Assembly: GCA_034421995.1 (NCBI GenBank)
Contig: DAOUJY010000077.1
Location: 840 to 64,839, forward strand
Source: Dehalococcoidia bacterium
GTDB lineage: Bacteria; Chloroflexota; Dehalococcoidia; Lucifugimonadales; UBA3495
Direction: 5' to 3'
DNA: 64,000 nt
Positions 35,233 through 44,190 of this stretch are shown piece by piece. Under the pieces are notes generated by a model. The model ran no database searches. It was not told the DNA's origin and was given only the letters and a program-made list of their open reading frames with translations. Positions within the stretch are counted from its first letter, which is position 1. Each line of letters starts with the position of its first letter. The position numbers were made by a program, and so were the translations under genes.

Positions 35233-35637
35233 TTATTTGCCGGTCTCAATCGGTTCGCGCTCCAACTGCTCCAGGACCTGCGCTGCCAGCGTTGGATTTT
35301 CCCGGATCACCTGCGCCATCAGATCGTCGTTGCTGCTGACGGCACGGACGGCAGCGGCATTTCGTGCCGCCTTCCGCTCATCCATGAACTTGATGATCGC
35401 CGCTATGGTGTAAAACATAGCCTGTCCCCCTAAATCAACGACAACTGCGCTCATTCCATACAGGATCACGCCTATGCTGGCATAAATCGCCAACTCGTCA
35501 AAGTCCGCTGCCGTCGGCAAGCGGCCAAGTCGCCAAACTGCTATCCCATAGGTTGTTGCAGCCGCTCCGAACGGCGACGCCAGAAAGTGCAAACGTAGCA
35601 ATCTGTCTTGCGTAAACCACCGCCGGAGCCGATCCAT
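35233..35637 (-). CDS. Small membrane protein, hypothetical
   Basis: Hydrophobic segments are followed by KFMDERKAARNAAAVRA. The N-terminal RRWF resembles the 17165..17626 product. Confidence 0.5.
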   Translation of the reverse strand: MDRLRRWFTQDRLLRLHFLASPFGAAATTYGIAVWRLGRLPTAADFDELAIYASIGVILYGMSAVVVDLGGQAMFYTIAAIIKFMDERKAARNAAAVRAVSSNDDLMAQVIRENPTLAAQVLEQLEREPIETGK

Positions 35638-35678
35638 GACACGATTATAGCAAAACAGCCAATCTCACCACAGGTCTA

Positions 35679-36968
35679 TCACCCTTGAGACCAGCCTGCT
35701 CGCGGCCTGGTCCGCGCCGCCGCCATCAGCGCCGCCGCCACCAGCGTTATGCCGGCCATGACGAGAAAGGCTTCCCGGTAGCTTCCCGCGCCGTCATAAG
35801 CTATGCCGGCGGCCAGCGGCCCGACGGCGAATCCCATAACCTGGCTGGCCCGGCCCACGCCGTGGATGGCCCCCAGGTGGCCGCGCCCGTAGTCGCTGGC
35901 CCACATCAGCGGCGCCAGCGTGTTGATGCCGGTGTTAGCCAGACCGGTCAGGATGGCGTAGCAGTATGTCTCGAACATGGTGTCGGTGGTTACCAGCAGA
36001 ACCAGAGACCCCGCGCTCACCAGGTAGAGGGATACCATCACCCACCGGGGATGCACGCGGTCGGCCACCACGCCGGCCAGCAGGGCCCCGGCAGCCCCCG
36101 ATATGGACATGACGCTGATGGCTGCCACCGCCGCCGTGACGTTGATGCCCCGCTCGGTTAGGTACGGGATCAGGTGCAGCCCCGGCCCAGCCGTTGCGGT
36201 GCTGCCCAGGAACAGCGCCCACAACGCCATCCAAAAGACGGGCCGCCCGGCCGCTTGTCTCAGAGTCAGCGATGGTTCCGAAGCAGCCCCTCTGTGCCGC
36301 CCTGGTTGGCCGGCATCCTCGGCGGTGTCAGGTCGGTCGCCGTCCACCGCCAGCCCCATATCCTCCGGCTGTCGCCGCACCCACAGCGCGCAGGGGATGA
36401 CGCCCGCCAGCAACATCACCGCCCCCAGTCCCTGCCATGCCGACCGCCATCCCCAAAGGGCAATCACCAGCTGGGTCAACGGCGCCAGGGCGATGACGCC
36501 AGCGGTTTCGGCGAAAAACACCAGCCCGGTGGCCCGGCCCCGGTAGCGCTGGAACCACTTCCCCATGCTGACCGAAGCGCCGATTTTCACCCCGCCCTGG
36601 TCGGCGATCCTCGACGCAGTGAAAGCCAGGTAGAACCCCAGCAGGGTCTGCACTGCGGACAGGTAGATGCAGGCCAGGGCGATGACCGTTCCGCCGACCA
36701 CCAGCACGACCCGCGAACCCACCCGGTCCACCAGCCGGCCAATGAAGGGCGCCAGCGCGGCCCCCAGGATTGCGCCGACGGTGGTGGCCCCGGCGATGGC
36801 CGTCCGGCTCCAGCCGAACTCGGCGGACATGGGAACGACGAATATGGTCAGTATGGATATGGCGGATGCGGCGTTGGAGAACCCAATGGCTCCCGCCGCG
36901 CCGGCAACAATCCAGCCGTAGTACAGAGGCTTGCGGCGGAACTTCATGTGGAGATTGTCATCCATCAA
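35679..36968 (-). CDS. MFS transporter
   Basis: It has about 12 TM segments and the MFS loop motif GRLVDRVGSR. Confidence 0.85.
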   Translation of the reverse strand: MMDDNLHMKFRRKPLYYGWIVAGAAGAIGFSNAASAISILTIFVVPMSAEFGWSRTAIAGATTVGAILGAALAPFIGRLVDRVGSRVVLVVGGTVIALACIYLSAVQTLLGFYLAFTASRIADQGGVKIGASVSMGKWFQRYRGRATGLVFFAETAGVIALAPLTQLVIALWGWRSAWQGLGAVMLLAGVIPCALWVRRQPEDMGLAVDGDRPDTAEDAGQPGRHRGAASEPSLTLRQAAGRPVFWMALWALFLGSTATAGPGLHLIPYLTERGINVTAAVAAISVMSISGAAGALLAGVVADRVHPRWVMVSLYLVSAGSLVLLVTTDTMFETYCYAILTGLANTGINTLAPLMWASDYGRGHLGAIHGVGRASQVMGFAVGPLAAGIAYDGAGSYREAFLVMAGITLVAAALMAAARTRPRAGWSQG

Positions 36969-37111
36969 AGTGGATTCTTATGGGCGCGGAAACCGAGTAC
37001 ACAAAGACCGAATCGGTGATACAATTCAAAAAAATATAAAATGCGCCATTATAGGGAACGGGCATCGGCGCATCGCCGCACATCTTCCCGCTCAATTCAG
37101 GAGACAGCAAC

Positions 37112-37450
37112 ATGGCAATCGATTTTCAGAGGGACGAAAGCACTCTCATCATTCAGGCTGCGGAGCGAGTGGATAGCACCAACGCCCAGCGGTTCCTAGA
37201 GGACCTGGACGCTGCCATCGAACCCACCGATCAGGTAGTGATCCTGGATATGGGAAAACTCACTTATATCAGCAGTGCGGGTCTGCGGGTTATTTTGCAG
37301 ACTGCGAAGACGTTGCAGCGGCAGAACTCCAACTTCGCCCTTTGCGCCCTGTCCGGGACCGTCCGCGAGGTCTTTGAGATCAGCGGTTTTGACCAGGTGA
37401 TTTCCATTCACGATTCTCAGTCGGACGCCTTGGCCGCCCTCAAGAGCTGA
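37112..37450 (+). CDS. STAS-domain anti-sigma-factor antagonist (SpoIIAA/RsbV-like)
   Basis: The 112-aa product carries the phosphorylatable-serine motif LTYISSAGLRVIL. Confidence 0.85.
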   Translation: MAIDFQRDESTLIIQAAERVDSTNAQRFLEDLDAAIEPTDQVVILDMGKLTYISSAGLRVILQTAKTLQRQNSNFALCALSGTVREVFEISGFDQVISIHDSQSDALAALKS

Positions 37451-37525
37451 CCGGCCCCCGGTCGCCTCTAATTCTCCATTGTGCGTTAATCGGGAGGGCA
37501 GCCGCCGGCTGCCAGGGATGAGGCT

Positions 37526-38692
37526 ATGGTAGCAACGCAAGGGCCATATCGCATTCTCGTAGTTGACGACGAGCCCGATCTTGAGCCGCTGGTTCTGCAG
37601 CGGATGCGCCGAGCGATCCGGTCGGGTCGTTACGAATTCCTCTTTGCCCAAAACGGGGTTGAGGCGCTCCAGGCCCTGGGCGACGATGACGACATCGATA
37701 TGGTGCTGTCGGACATCAATATGCCCCAGATGGATGGCCTGGCGCTGCTTTCCCACATACCCGAAGTTGCGCCCGACGTACAGGCGGTGATCATCTCTGC
37801 CTACGGCGATATGAAGAACATACGCGCCGCCATGAACCTGGGCGCCTTTGATTTCGTCACCAAGCCGGTTGACTTTGAAGACCTGCGCATCACCATCGAG
37901 CGCGCGCTCAGCAACCTGGAGGCCTGGCGAGAGGCCACATCTTCCCGCGACCGTCTGATCGCCCTGCAAAACGAGCTTAACCTCGCCGGCAAGATGCAGC
38001 AGGCCATTCTGCCCACCGAGTTCCTCAACAAGCCGGGCTATGAGATGTACGGCAGCATGATGCCGGCGCGGGACGTGGGCGGGGACTTCTTTGACGTGGT
38101 GTACCTGAGCAACGGCTGCATCGGCCTGGCCATCGCCGACGTTTCCGACAAGGGCGTGCCGGCCGCCCTGTTCATGATGGCCAGCCGTACCCTGCTCAAG
38201 GCCGCCGCGCTGGGTCTCAAACCTCCCGGTCAGGCCCTGCGGGAAGTCAACGATCTCCTGTATGACGACAACGACACGATGATGTTCGTGACGCTGTTCT
38301 ACGCGGTGTACGACCCGACCACCGGGGAACTCACCTACGCCAATGGCGGGCACAACGAACCGCTCATCGTCCATCCCGACGGCAATTCCTCGATCCTGCC
38401 GGGCACCAATGGAATTGCCCTGGGAGTGGCGCCCGAAATGGCCTATGCAGAGAACACCGTCTCGATAGCTCCCGGCGACGCCATCGTCTTCTACACCGAC
38501 GGCGTCACCGAAGCGGTGAACACTGCGGAAGAAGAGTTTGGATTGCCCCGTTTGCAGCAAGTCTTTGCATCCAATCCTCCCACGGATGCGAAAACCGCCA
38601 CCCAGGCCGTTTTCAGCGCCGTGAATGACTTCGCGGGAACGGCTCCCCAGTTCGATGACATCACCTGCCTGATCTTCCGCCGCACCGAGTAA
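37526..38692 (+). CDS. Response-regulator receiver fused to a PP2C/SpoIIE phosphatase (RsbU-like)
   Basis: Receiver motifs are VVDDEPD, DMVLSDINMPQMDG and FVTKP. PP2C motifs are GGDFFDV, ADVSDKGVPAA and YTDGVTEA. Confidence 0.9.
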   Translation: MVATQGPYRILVVDDEPDLEPLVLQRMRRAIRSGRYEFLFAQNGVEALQALGDDDDIDMVLSDINMPQMDGLALLSHIPEVAPDVQAVIISAYGDMKNIRAAMNLGAFDFVTKPVDFEDLRITIERALSNLEAWREATSSRDRLIALQNELNLAGKMQQAILPTEFLNKPGYEMYGSMMPARDVGGDFFDVVYLSNGCIGLAIADVSDKGVPAALFMMASRTLLKAAALGLKPPGQALREVNDLLYDDNDTMMFVTLFYAVYDPTTGELTYANGGHNEPLIVHPDGNSSILPGTNGIALGVAPEMAYAENTVSIAPGDAIVFYTDGVTEAVNTAEEEFGLPRLQQVFASNPPTDAKTATQAVFSAVNDFAGTAPQFDDITCLIFRRTE

Positions 38693-38697
38693 GGGCC

Positions 38698-39111
38698 ATG
38701 ACTGAGCCGCTTTTCCTGAGAATCCCCCCCAACCACAACCAGTTGGAGCAGATCCCGGCAGCGGTGGAGGAGTTTGCTGAGCGCGACAACTGGCCTCCCG
38801 ACCTGGTTTTCAAACTCAACCTGGTGCTCGAAGAGTTGGGCGTCAATATCGTGAATTACAGCGGGGCCACCGGGGAGATCGAGATTTCGCTGGCTTCCGA
38901 CGGCGAAACGGTAACCATCGAAATTGCCGACAACGGGCGGCCCTTCAATCCGCTGGCTGAACTGGACACGCCGGATATTTCCGCCCCGCTGGGCGACCGG
39001 CCCATCGGCGGCCTGGGCGTTCACCTGGTGCGCTCCATGATGGATGAGTTGAGCTACAGCAGGGAAGACGGCATGAATCGTCTGGCCATGACCAAACGCA
39101 AAGCCGGATAA
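38698..39111 (+). CDS. RsbW/SpoIIAB-like serine protein kinase (anti-sigma regulatory factor fold)
   Basis: HATPase motifs are the N box EELGVNIVNY, G1 IADNGRPFNP and G2 GGLGVHLV. It starts 5 nt after the upstream stop. Confidence 0.8.
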   Translation: MTEPLFLRIPPNHNQLEQIPAAVEEFAERDNWPPDLVFKLNLVLEELGVNIVNYSGATGEIEISLASDGETVTIEIADNGRPFNPLAELDTPDISAPLGDRPIGGLGVHLVRSMMDELSYSREDGMNRLAMTKRKAG

Positions 39112-39113
39112 AA

Positions 39114-40436
39114 ATGGCTGAGGCCATTCTGACGAAATTGCCCTGGTTGCAACGGACTGCCGGCATCGTTGCCATCACCTTGATCATGGCGGCGGTCGGC
39201 TGCCGCCCCGGCGCGGAAGCCGCCGTTGGCCAGGTCGAAACGGATCCGAACCCGGGCAGCCCGGCGCCGCCGCCGGTCATGGCGGCTGAGCCGGGGGTTT
39301 TTGAGGACCATATCGTGTTCGGTCAATCCGCCGCTTCCAGCGGCCCCGCCGGCGAACTGGGCCTCGGAATACACGTGGGCATCCTGGCGGCCTTTGCGGA
39401 GGTCAACCGGGCCGGCGGGGTTCACGGGCGTCTCCTGGAGTTGCGGTTCAGAGACGATGGCTACGAGCCTGAGCAGGCCATCGCCAACACTACCGCATTG
39501 ATTGAGGAGGAGGCGGTTTTCGCCCTCATCGGCGCCGTGGGCACGCCAACCTCCCGGGCGGCGGTTCCGGTCGCCGCCGCTGCCGACGTGCCTTACGTGG
39601 CCCCCTTCACCGGCGCCGCGTTCCTGCGCGACGCCGCAACGCTGCCCAACGTGGTCAATCTCCGCGCTTCCTACAGCCAGGAAACCGAGGAAATGGTGGA
39701 ACGCCTGACCACAGACCTGGGCATCACGCGCATCGCGGTGATGTACCAGGACGATTCCTTTGGCCGCGCCGGTTACAACGGCACGCTGGACGCTCTGGAA
39801 AAGCGCGGAATGTCCCTGGTCGCCGAGGGGCTGTACCCGCGCAACACCACCGCCGTCAAGACCGGCCTGCTGGACCTCCGCCGCGGAAATCCGGAAGCCG
39901 TGATCCTGGTGGGCGCCTACCGGCCTGTCGCGGCGCTCATCGCCTGGGCGCGCCACATCGGCATGGACTGGGAGTTCATCGCCATCTCCTTCGTGGGCAG
40001 CAACGCGCTGGCCAAGGAATTCGAAGCGCAGGCCGATGAGTTCAAGGAGTTGGGCCTCACGGACCCGGCGGCGGGCGGCGAGGGGGTTTTCGTGACCCAA
40101 GTGGTGCCCTTTCCCCATGACGACACGGTTCCCGTCGTCGCCGCCTATCATCGTGCCCTGAGGGATATTGCCCCGGCAGAGGACCCCGGTTTCGTTACCC
40201 TGGAGGGCTATCTGACCGGACGCCTCGCCATCGCCGCGCTGGAGTTGTGCGGACGAGAGTTGAATCGCGATTGTTTCCTGGGCAGCCTCCAGCGGGCGGA
40301 GTACATTGACCTGGACGGCTTCCGGCTGCACTATGGAGAAAACGACAACCAGGGTTCCGACACCGTATTTCTGACTATGATAGGCTCTGACGGCAGTTAC
40401 GTTCCCATTGAGACCTTGCCGAGTAAAAACCCATGA
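39114..40436 (+). CDS. Type-1 periplasmic binding protein (Leu/Ile/Val-binding-like, ABC substrate-binding fold)
   Basis: It has an N-terminal anchor or signal. The body is FGQSAASSGPAGELG...VNRAGGVHGRLLELRFRDDGYEPEQA...FALIGAVGTP. Confidence 0.8.
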   Translation: MAEAILTKLPWLQRTAGIVAITLIMAAVGCRPGAEAAVGQVETDPNPGSPAPPPVMAAEPGVFEDHIVFGQSAASSGPAGELGLGIHVGILAAFAEVNRAGGVHGRLLELRFRDDGYEPEQAIANTTALIEEEAVFALIGAVGTPTSRAAVPVAAAADVPYVAPFTGAAFLRDAATLPNVVNLRASYSQETEEMVERLTTDLGITRIAVMYQDDSFGRAGYNGTLDALEKRGMSLVAEGLYPRNTTAVKTGLLDLRRGNPEAVILVGAYRPVAALIAWARHIGMDWEFIAISFVGSNALAKEFEAQADEFKELGLTDPAAGGEGVFVTQVVPFPHDDTVPVVAAYHRALRDIAPAEDPGFVTLEGYLTGRLAIAALELCGRELNRDCFLGSLQRAEYIDLDGFRLHYGENDNQGSDTVFLTMIGSDGSYVPIETLPSKNP

Positions 40437-42739
40437 TGCGCAAACTGTCCCAGCTGCTTGAGCTCCGCTACCGTATCTCCTCCCAGCTCTATCTGGGCAT
40501 CGGCGCCGCCGTGTTCCTCACGGTGGCGGCCAGTCTGGTGGGATGGTTCTCCTTCGACCGGGTTGGCGATGCCCAAAGCCGGGTCAACGAAGGCAGCGTT
40601 CCCGAGATTGCGGCGGCCTTCGCCGTGGCCCAGCACAGCGGCGAGCTGGTGGCCGCCGCCACCAGCCTCTCCGTCGCCACCACGCCGGCCGACGTCGAGC
40701 GCGTCGGCCATCAAATCAGGGCAACCTATGCTTCATTTGCTGAACAGTTGTCCTTTCTGTCCGAGCGTGGCGGCGATAAAGCAAGTCTCGATCAGATTCG
40801 AGACGATTCCAACCGTCTGATCGCCAACATCGGGGCCGTCGAGGACAGTATGTCGGAGCAGTTCCGGCTCATCGACCGGTCCGCGGCTCTGCGCCTGGAA
40901 CTGGCGGATTTGCGCCTCGCTCTGGACCGCGAGATTGTGCCGGCCATCGATGATCATCTTTTCTACACGCGCACGGGGTATCTCGAACTGGGCGAGCCCC
41001 CGCATCCTCCGTCGGAGCACCTGTCGGTCAATGAGTTGGCCCACCTCCGGTATCTGTCCGAAATGCAGGAAAACGCCAACATCGCCATCCAATTGCTCAC
41101 CAGCGCCTCCACCGTGTCCGAGGCGGCGCTGATCGAACCTATGCGGGAGCGGTTCGAGTCCTCCATGGGCCACATCAAGCGCAGCCTCCATGGCCTGTCC
41201 GACTCGCCGCTGCATGGAGAGCTGATTCCCATGCTCGACCAGTTGCAAACGCTGGGCGAAGGGACCCGCGGCAGCGCGGTGGAACTGGAATTCGCCGCAA
41301 TCGAAGGGCTCGGCCTGTTCGACCTGCGCACCCGCGAACTGCAACTTGACGAAAGGCAGCGGGAACTGCTGACCAATAACTATAACATCGCGGCTCTCCT
41401 GGTCGGAGAGGTCGACGTCCTGGTGAGCACGGCGCAGGCCCGGGCCCAGGCGGCCACCGAAGCATCCGGTCAGGCAATTTTCACCGGGCGAACCCTGCTG
41501 CTGGCGATCACCGCGGTCAGCATCGCCGGCGCGGTGCTCATCGCTTGGCTGTTCGTCGGGCGTGTCCTGCTGCGGCGCCTGGCTATGCTGTCCGACTGGA
41601 TGCGCCGCATGGCCGGCGGCGACCTGGAGGCCCGGGCCGAAATCAGCGGCCGGGACGAAGTGGCCGACATGGCCGCCGCCCTGGAAGTCTTCCGCCGCCA
41701 CGCCCTGGAAGTGCAGCGCCTCAATCTGGTTGAACAACTAGCGGAGGAACTCCAGGGCAAGAACGACGAACTTGAGCGTACCAACAACGACCTTGAACAG
41801 GCCATGTCCGACCTCAACACCGCCCAGGACCAGATCGTGATGCGGGAAAAGCTGGCCGCCCTGGGCGAGCTGACCGCCGGCGTGGCCCACGAAATCAGGA
41901 ACCCCCTGAACTTCGTCAAGAATTTCTCCGAGGTTTCCGAAGAACTGCTGGAGGAGATGAAGGAGACCATTGAGGAAAGCGAAGACGGGACCCTGGACGA
42001 AGAACAGCGGGAACTGCTGGATGATATTTTCGGTGAACTGAGCGGCAACCTGGAACGCATCCAGACCCACGGCGACCGGGCCAACCGCATCGTCCACGAT
42101 ATGCTGATGATGAGCCGGGAGTCAGTGGGGCACCAGCCCACCAACATCAACAACCTGCTGGACGAACACGCCCGCCTGGCCTACCACAGCGCCCGGGCCA
42201 CCGATTCCAACTTCCAACTGGACCTTCAGTACGACTTTGATCCCGATATGGAGGAGATTGAAGTCAACCCCCAGGACGTCGGCCGGGTCTTCCTCAACAT
42301 TGTCAACAACGGCTGCTACGCCACCAACGAAAAGCGCTTGAAACTCGCGGATTCGGAACCGGGCAGCGATTATATGCCGACCCTGCTGCTGACCACCCGG
42401 CGCGGCGAAGAGCGCATCGAGGTACGCATCCGGGACAACGGAACCGGAATGCCGCCCGAAGTCATCGAAAAGATGTTCAACCCCTTCTTCACCACCAAGC
42501 CCACCGACAAAGGCACCGGCCTGGGCCTGTCAATCTGCAACGACATCATCCGCCGCCACGGCGGGGAAATTCTGGTGGAATCCAAGCCGGGCGAGTTCAC
42601 CGAAATGACCATCGACCTGCCCCTGCATCCCCCCATGGAGGATGCGGACCACGACGAGATCTATGATGACGACGATGACTCGGAAGAGGATGAAGACGCG
42701 GTTGGGGTTGCGGATGTGGAAGAAAGCGAAGCCATTTAG
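40433..42739 (+). CDS. Sensor histidine kinase (2 TM, large periplasmic domain, HAMP, HisKA, HATPase, acidic tail)
   Basis: The H box is GVAHEIRNPLN. Other motifs are N NNGCYAT, G1 DNGTGMP and G2 GTGLGLS. It overlaps the binding-protein gene by 4 nt. Confidence 0.9.
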   Translation: MMRKLSQLLELRYRISSQLYLGIGAAVFLTVAASLVGWFSFDRVGDAQSRVNEGSVPEIAAAFAVAQHSGELVAAATSLSVATTPADVERVGHQIRATYASFAEQLSFLSERGGDKASLDQIRDDSNRLIANIGAVEDSMSEQFRLIDRSAALRLELADLRLALDREIVPAIDDHLFYTRTGYLELGEPPHPPSEHLSVNELAHLRYLSEMQENANIAIQLLTSASTVSEAALIEPMRERFESSMGHIKRSLHGLSDSPLHGELIPMLDQLQTLGEGTRGSAVELEFAAIEGLGLFDLRTRELQLDERQRELLTNNYNIAALLVGEVDVLVSTAQARAQAATEASGQAIFTGRTLLLAITAVSIAGAVLIAWLFVGRVLLRRLAMLSDWMRRMAGGDLEARAEISGRDEVADMAAALEVFRRHALEVQRLNLVEQLAEELQGKNDELERTNNDLEQAMSDLNTAQDQIVMREKLAALGELTAGVAHEIRNPLNFVKNFSEVSEELLEEMKETIEESEDGTLDEEQRELLDDIFGELSGNLERIQTHGDRANRIVHDMLMMSRESVGHQPTNINNLLDEHARLAYHSARATDSNFQLDLQYDFDPDMEEIEVNPQDVGRVFLNIVNNGCYATNEKRLKLADSEPGSDYMPTLLLTTRRGEERIEVRIRDNGTGMPPEVIEKMFNPFFTTKPTDKGTGLGLSICNDIIRRHGGEILVESKPGEFTEMTIDLPLHPPMEDADHDEIYDDDDDSEEDEDAVGVADVEESEAI

Positions 42740-42756
42740 CCGATCAGACCAGGCTG

Positions 42757-43035
42757 TCAGAAGCCAAAAATATCTGCGTGCGTGCCCGTCCGCAGTAAAG
42801 TTACCGTACTATCGTCCTCATCCCAGACCAGCAGCCAGTCGAACTCAATTCGGCACTCCCATGATGGATACCAATTGCCGACCAACTGGTGGCAACGGCG
42901 CCGCGGGTCAAGAGGTTCGCCAGCAACCAATCGGTCAGTGATTTCCTGGATTTTCCGTATGTCCTTACCGCGTCTTGTTGCCCTTCTGAGATCACGCCGA
43001 AAGCTGGATGTCCTGATCAGATTTCGCATCGTCAA
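42757..43035 (-). CDS. YafQ/RelE-family type II toxin (mRNA interferase)
   Basis: The sequence SSFRRDLRRATRRGKDIRKIQEITDRLVAGEPLDPRRRCHQLVGNWYPSWECRIEFDWLLVWDEDDSTVTLLRTGTHADIF aligns along the whole of E. coli YafQ as I remember it. The likely start is ATG 43029. Confidence 0.8.
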   Translation of the reverse strand: MTMRNLIRTSSFRRDLRRATRRGKDIRKIQEITDRLVAGEPLDPRRRCHQLVGNWYPSWECRIEFDWLLVWDEDDSTVTLLRTGTHADIFGF

Positions 43036-43312
43036 CTTCTGCCATGATCTCGTCTAGCTCAGCGTGAAACTCGTCCAAGCTGGAATACTTTACCAACCCG
43101 ATACCGGCGCGGGCTTCCAGGATGGCCGCCTGAGTCTCCTCGTTGGGATACCATTCGGTGATGGGGAAGTCGCCGCGCAGCGCCGTTTGCTTGTAAAACA
43201 GCGAGATGGCTTCTTCGGGAGTCATCCCCATCTCCGCGAATATCGCTTCGGCCTTCGCTACTACATCCGGGTCGTGGTGCCTGGGGGCCGTCGTCGCCTT
43301 TGCGCTGGTCAT
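42992..43312 (-). CDS. DinJ/RelB-family antitoxin
   Basis: The sequence VVAKAEAIFAEMGMTPEEAISLFYKQTALRGDFPF-type..PNEETQAAILEARAGIG follows the DinJ pattern. The C-terminal extension overlaps the toxin start by about 38-44 nt. Confidence 0.75.
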   Translation of the reverse strand: MTSAKATTAPRHHDPDVVAKAEAIFAEMGMTPEEAISLFYKQTALRGDFPITEWYPNEETQAAILEARAGIGLVKYSSLDEFHAELDEIMAEVDDAKSDQDIQLSA

Positions 43313-43323
43313 ATTCTCCTCTC

Positions 43324-43354
43324 CCTTTGCGTCTCTGCGTCTTTGTGTTAAATC
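43324..43354. repeat. Family C repeat (reverse orientation), cctttgcgtctctgcgtctttgtgttaaatc
   Basis: Its reverse complement, gatttaacacaaagacgcagagacgcaaagg, matches the 45486-45525 copy (gaattcaacgcaaaggcgcaaaggcacagagacgcaaagg). Confidence 0.7.
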
Positions 43355-43357
43355 GGG

Positions 43358-43714
43358 CTAGCCCCACGCCCGCAGACGTATCTCCTCGCTGGTGTCCATG
43401 TCAGCCTGGGCCTCCTCGGGCTGGTCGTTGAAGAGGTAGGACAGGGAGCGGCGGGAGTAGTAGTTGTCGTCGTTGGGGTCCAGGCGGATGGCTTCGGTCA
43501 GGTCGGCGATGGACTGGGGGTAGTCGCCCACCTCGTACCAGGACACGCCGCGGTTGAACCAGGCGTCGGCGCAGGCCGCGTCCAGCTCGATGGCCGCCGT
43601 GTAGTCGGCGATGGCCCGCTCGTACACCCCGTTGCGGCTGTAGCGGTTGCCCCGCTCCACGTACTCCTCGGCCGTGGTCGGCTCCGGCGGAGGCGTCGGG
43701 CGAGATGTCACCAT
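43358..43714 (-). CDS. Tetratricopeptide repeat protein (3 TPRs, 118 aa)
   Basis: The three repeats are YERAIADYTAAIELDAACADAWFNRG, YPQSIADLTEAIRLDPNDDNYY and a third TPR. Confidence 0.85.
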   Translation of the reverse strand: MVTSRPTPPPEPTTAEEYVERGNRYSRNGVYERAIADYTAAIELDAACADAWFNRGVSWYEVGDYPQSIADLTEAIRLDPNDDNYYSRRSLSYLFNDQPEEAQADMDTSEEIRLRAWG

Positions 43715-43728
43715 AATGCGGCGTCGCC

Positions 43729-44190
43729 CTAGTCGGCGGTGACCGGGACAGCGCCGATGAGTTTCCCGCCAATGCCGGCCTTGCGGTGGGCGATGACGTA
43801 GGCGCGGCGGAAACAGAGGCCGGGCAGGTCGATGTCCACCAGTTCAGGATGGCGGCGGGTTTGGCCCTCCATGAAAAACAGCAGGTCATCGATGGCCGGC
43901 CCATCGCTGGGAAGGATGCGGATTTCCAACTCGTAAGGATTACCGGTTTCAGATTGCCATCCGGGGAGTAATGAATGGGGAAGATGGCGGGACTTCGGGA
44001 CCAAGTCGTCCGCCCAAGTTGCAGCCAGGGCCAACTCCCACGTCGGGTTACCAAAGAAGTCGTACATACGCGGGTCAGGGTCAGCATGAACGATGAACGC
44101 CATCAGCAACTCAACTGGGCCGCGCTCGGCAACCAGCGCGTCAGCGTATTTCGCCATTCTCTCGATGGGGGGTCGGGACAATTGCGTCAT
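43729..44190 (-). CDS. Hypothetical protein (153 aa), translationally coupled to the HEPN gene
   Basis: Its ATG overlaps the HEPN gene's TGA (ATGA at 44187-44190). I recognise no family and there is no MNT-type GS..DxD motif. Confidence 0.55.
   Translation of the reverse strand: MTQLSRPPIERMAKYADALVAERGPVELLMAFIVHADPDPRMYDFFGNPTWELALAATWADDLVPKSRHLPHSLLPGWQSETGNPYELEIRILPSDGPAIDDLLFFMEGQTRRHPELVDIDLPGLCFRRAYVIAHRKAGIGGKLIGAVPVTAD

Noticed and set aside
43729-44190. An R-x-x-G-x-G motif (HRKAGIGGKLIG) near the C-terminus of the 153-aa HEPN-coupled protein suggested a GNAT acetyltransferase.
   Set aside because: Only 8 residues follow the motif, whereas a GNAT fold needs about 40 more (beta5-alpha4-beta6). 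No continuation exists in another frame before the TPR gene. I treat it as a coincidence unless structure prediction says otherwise.
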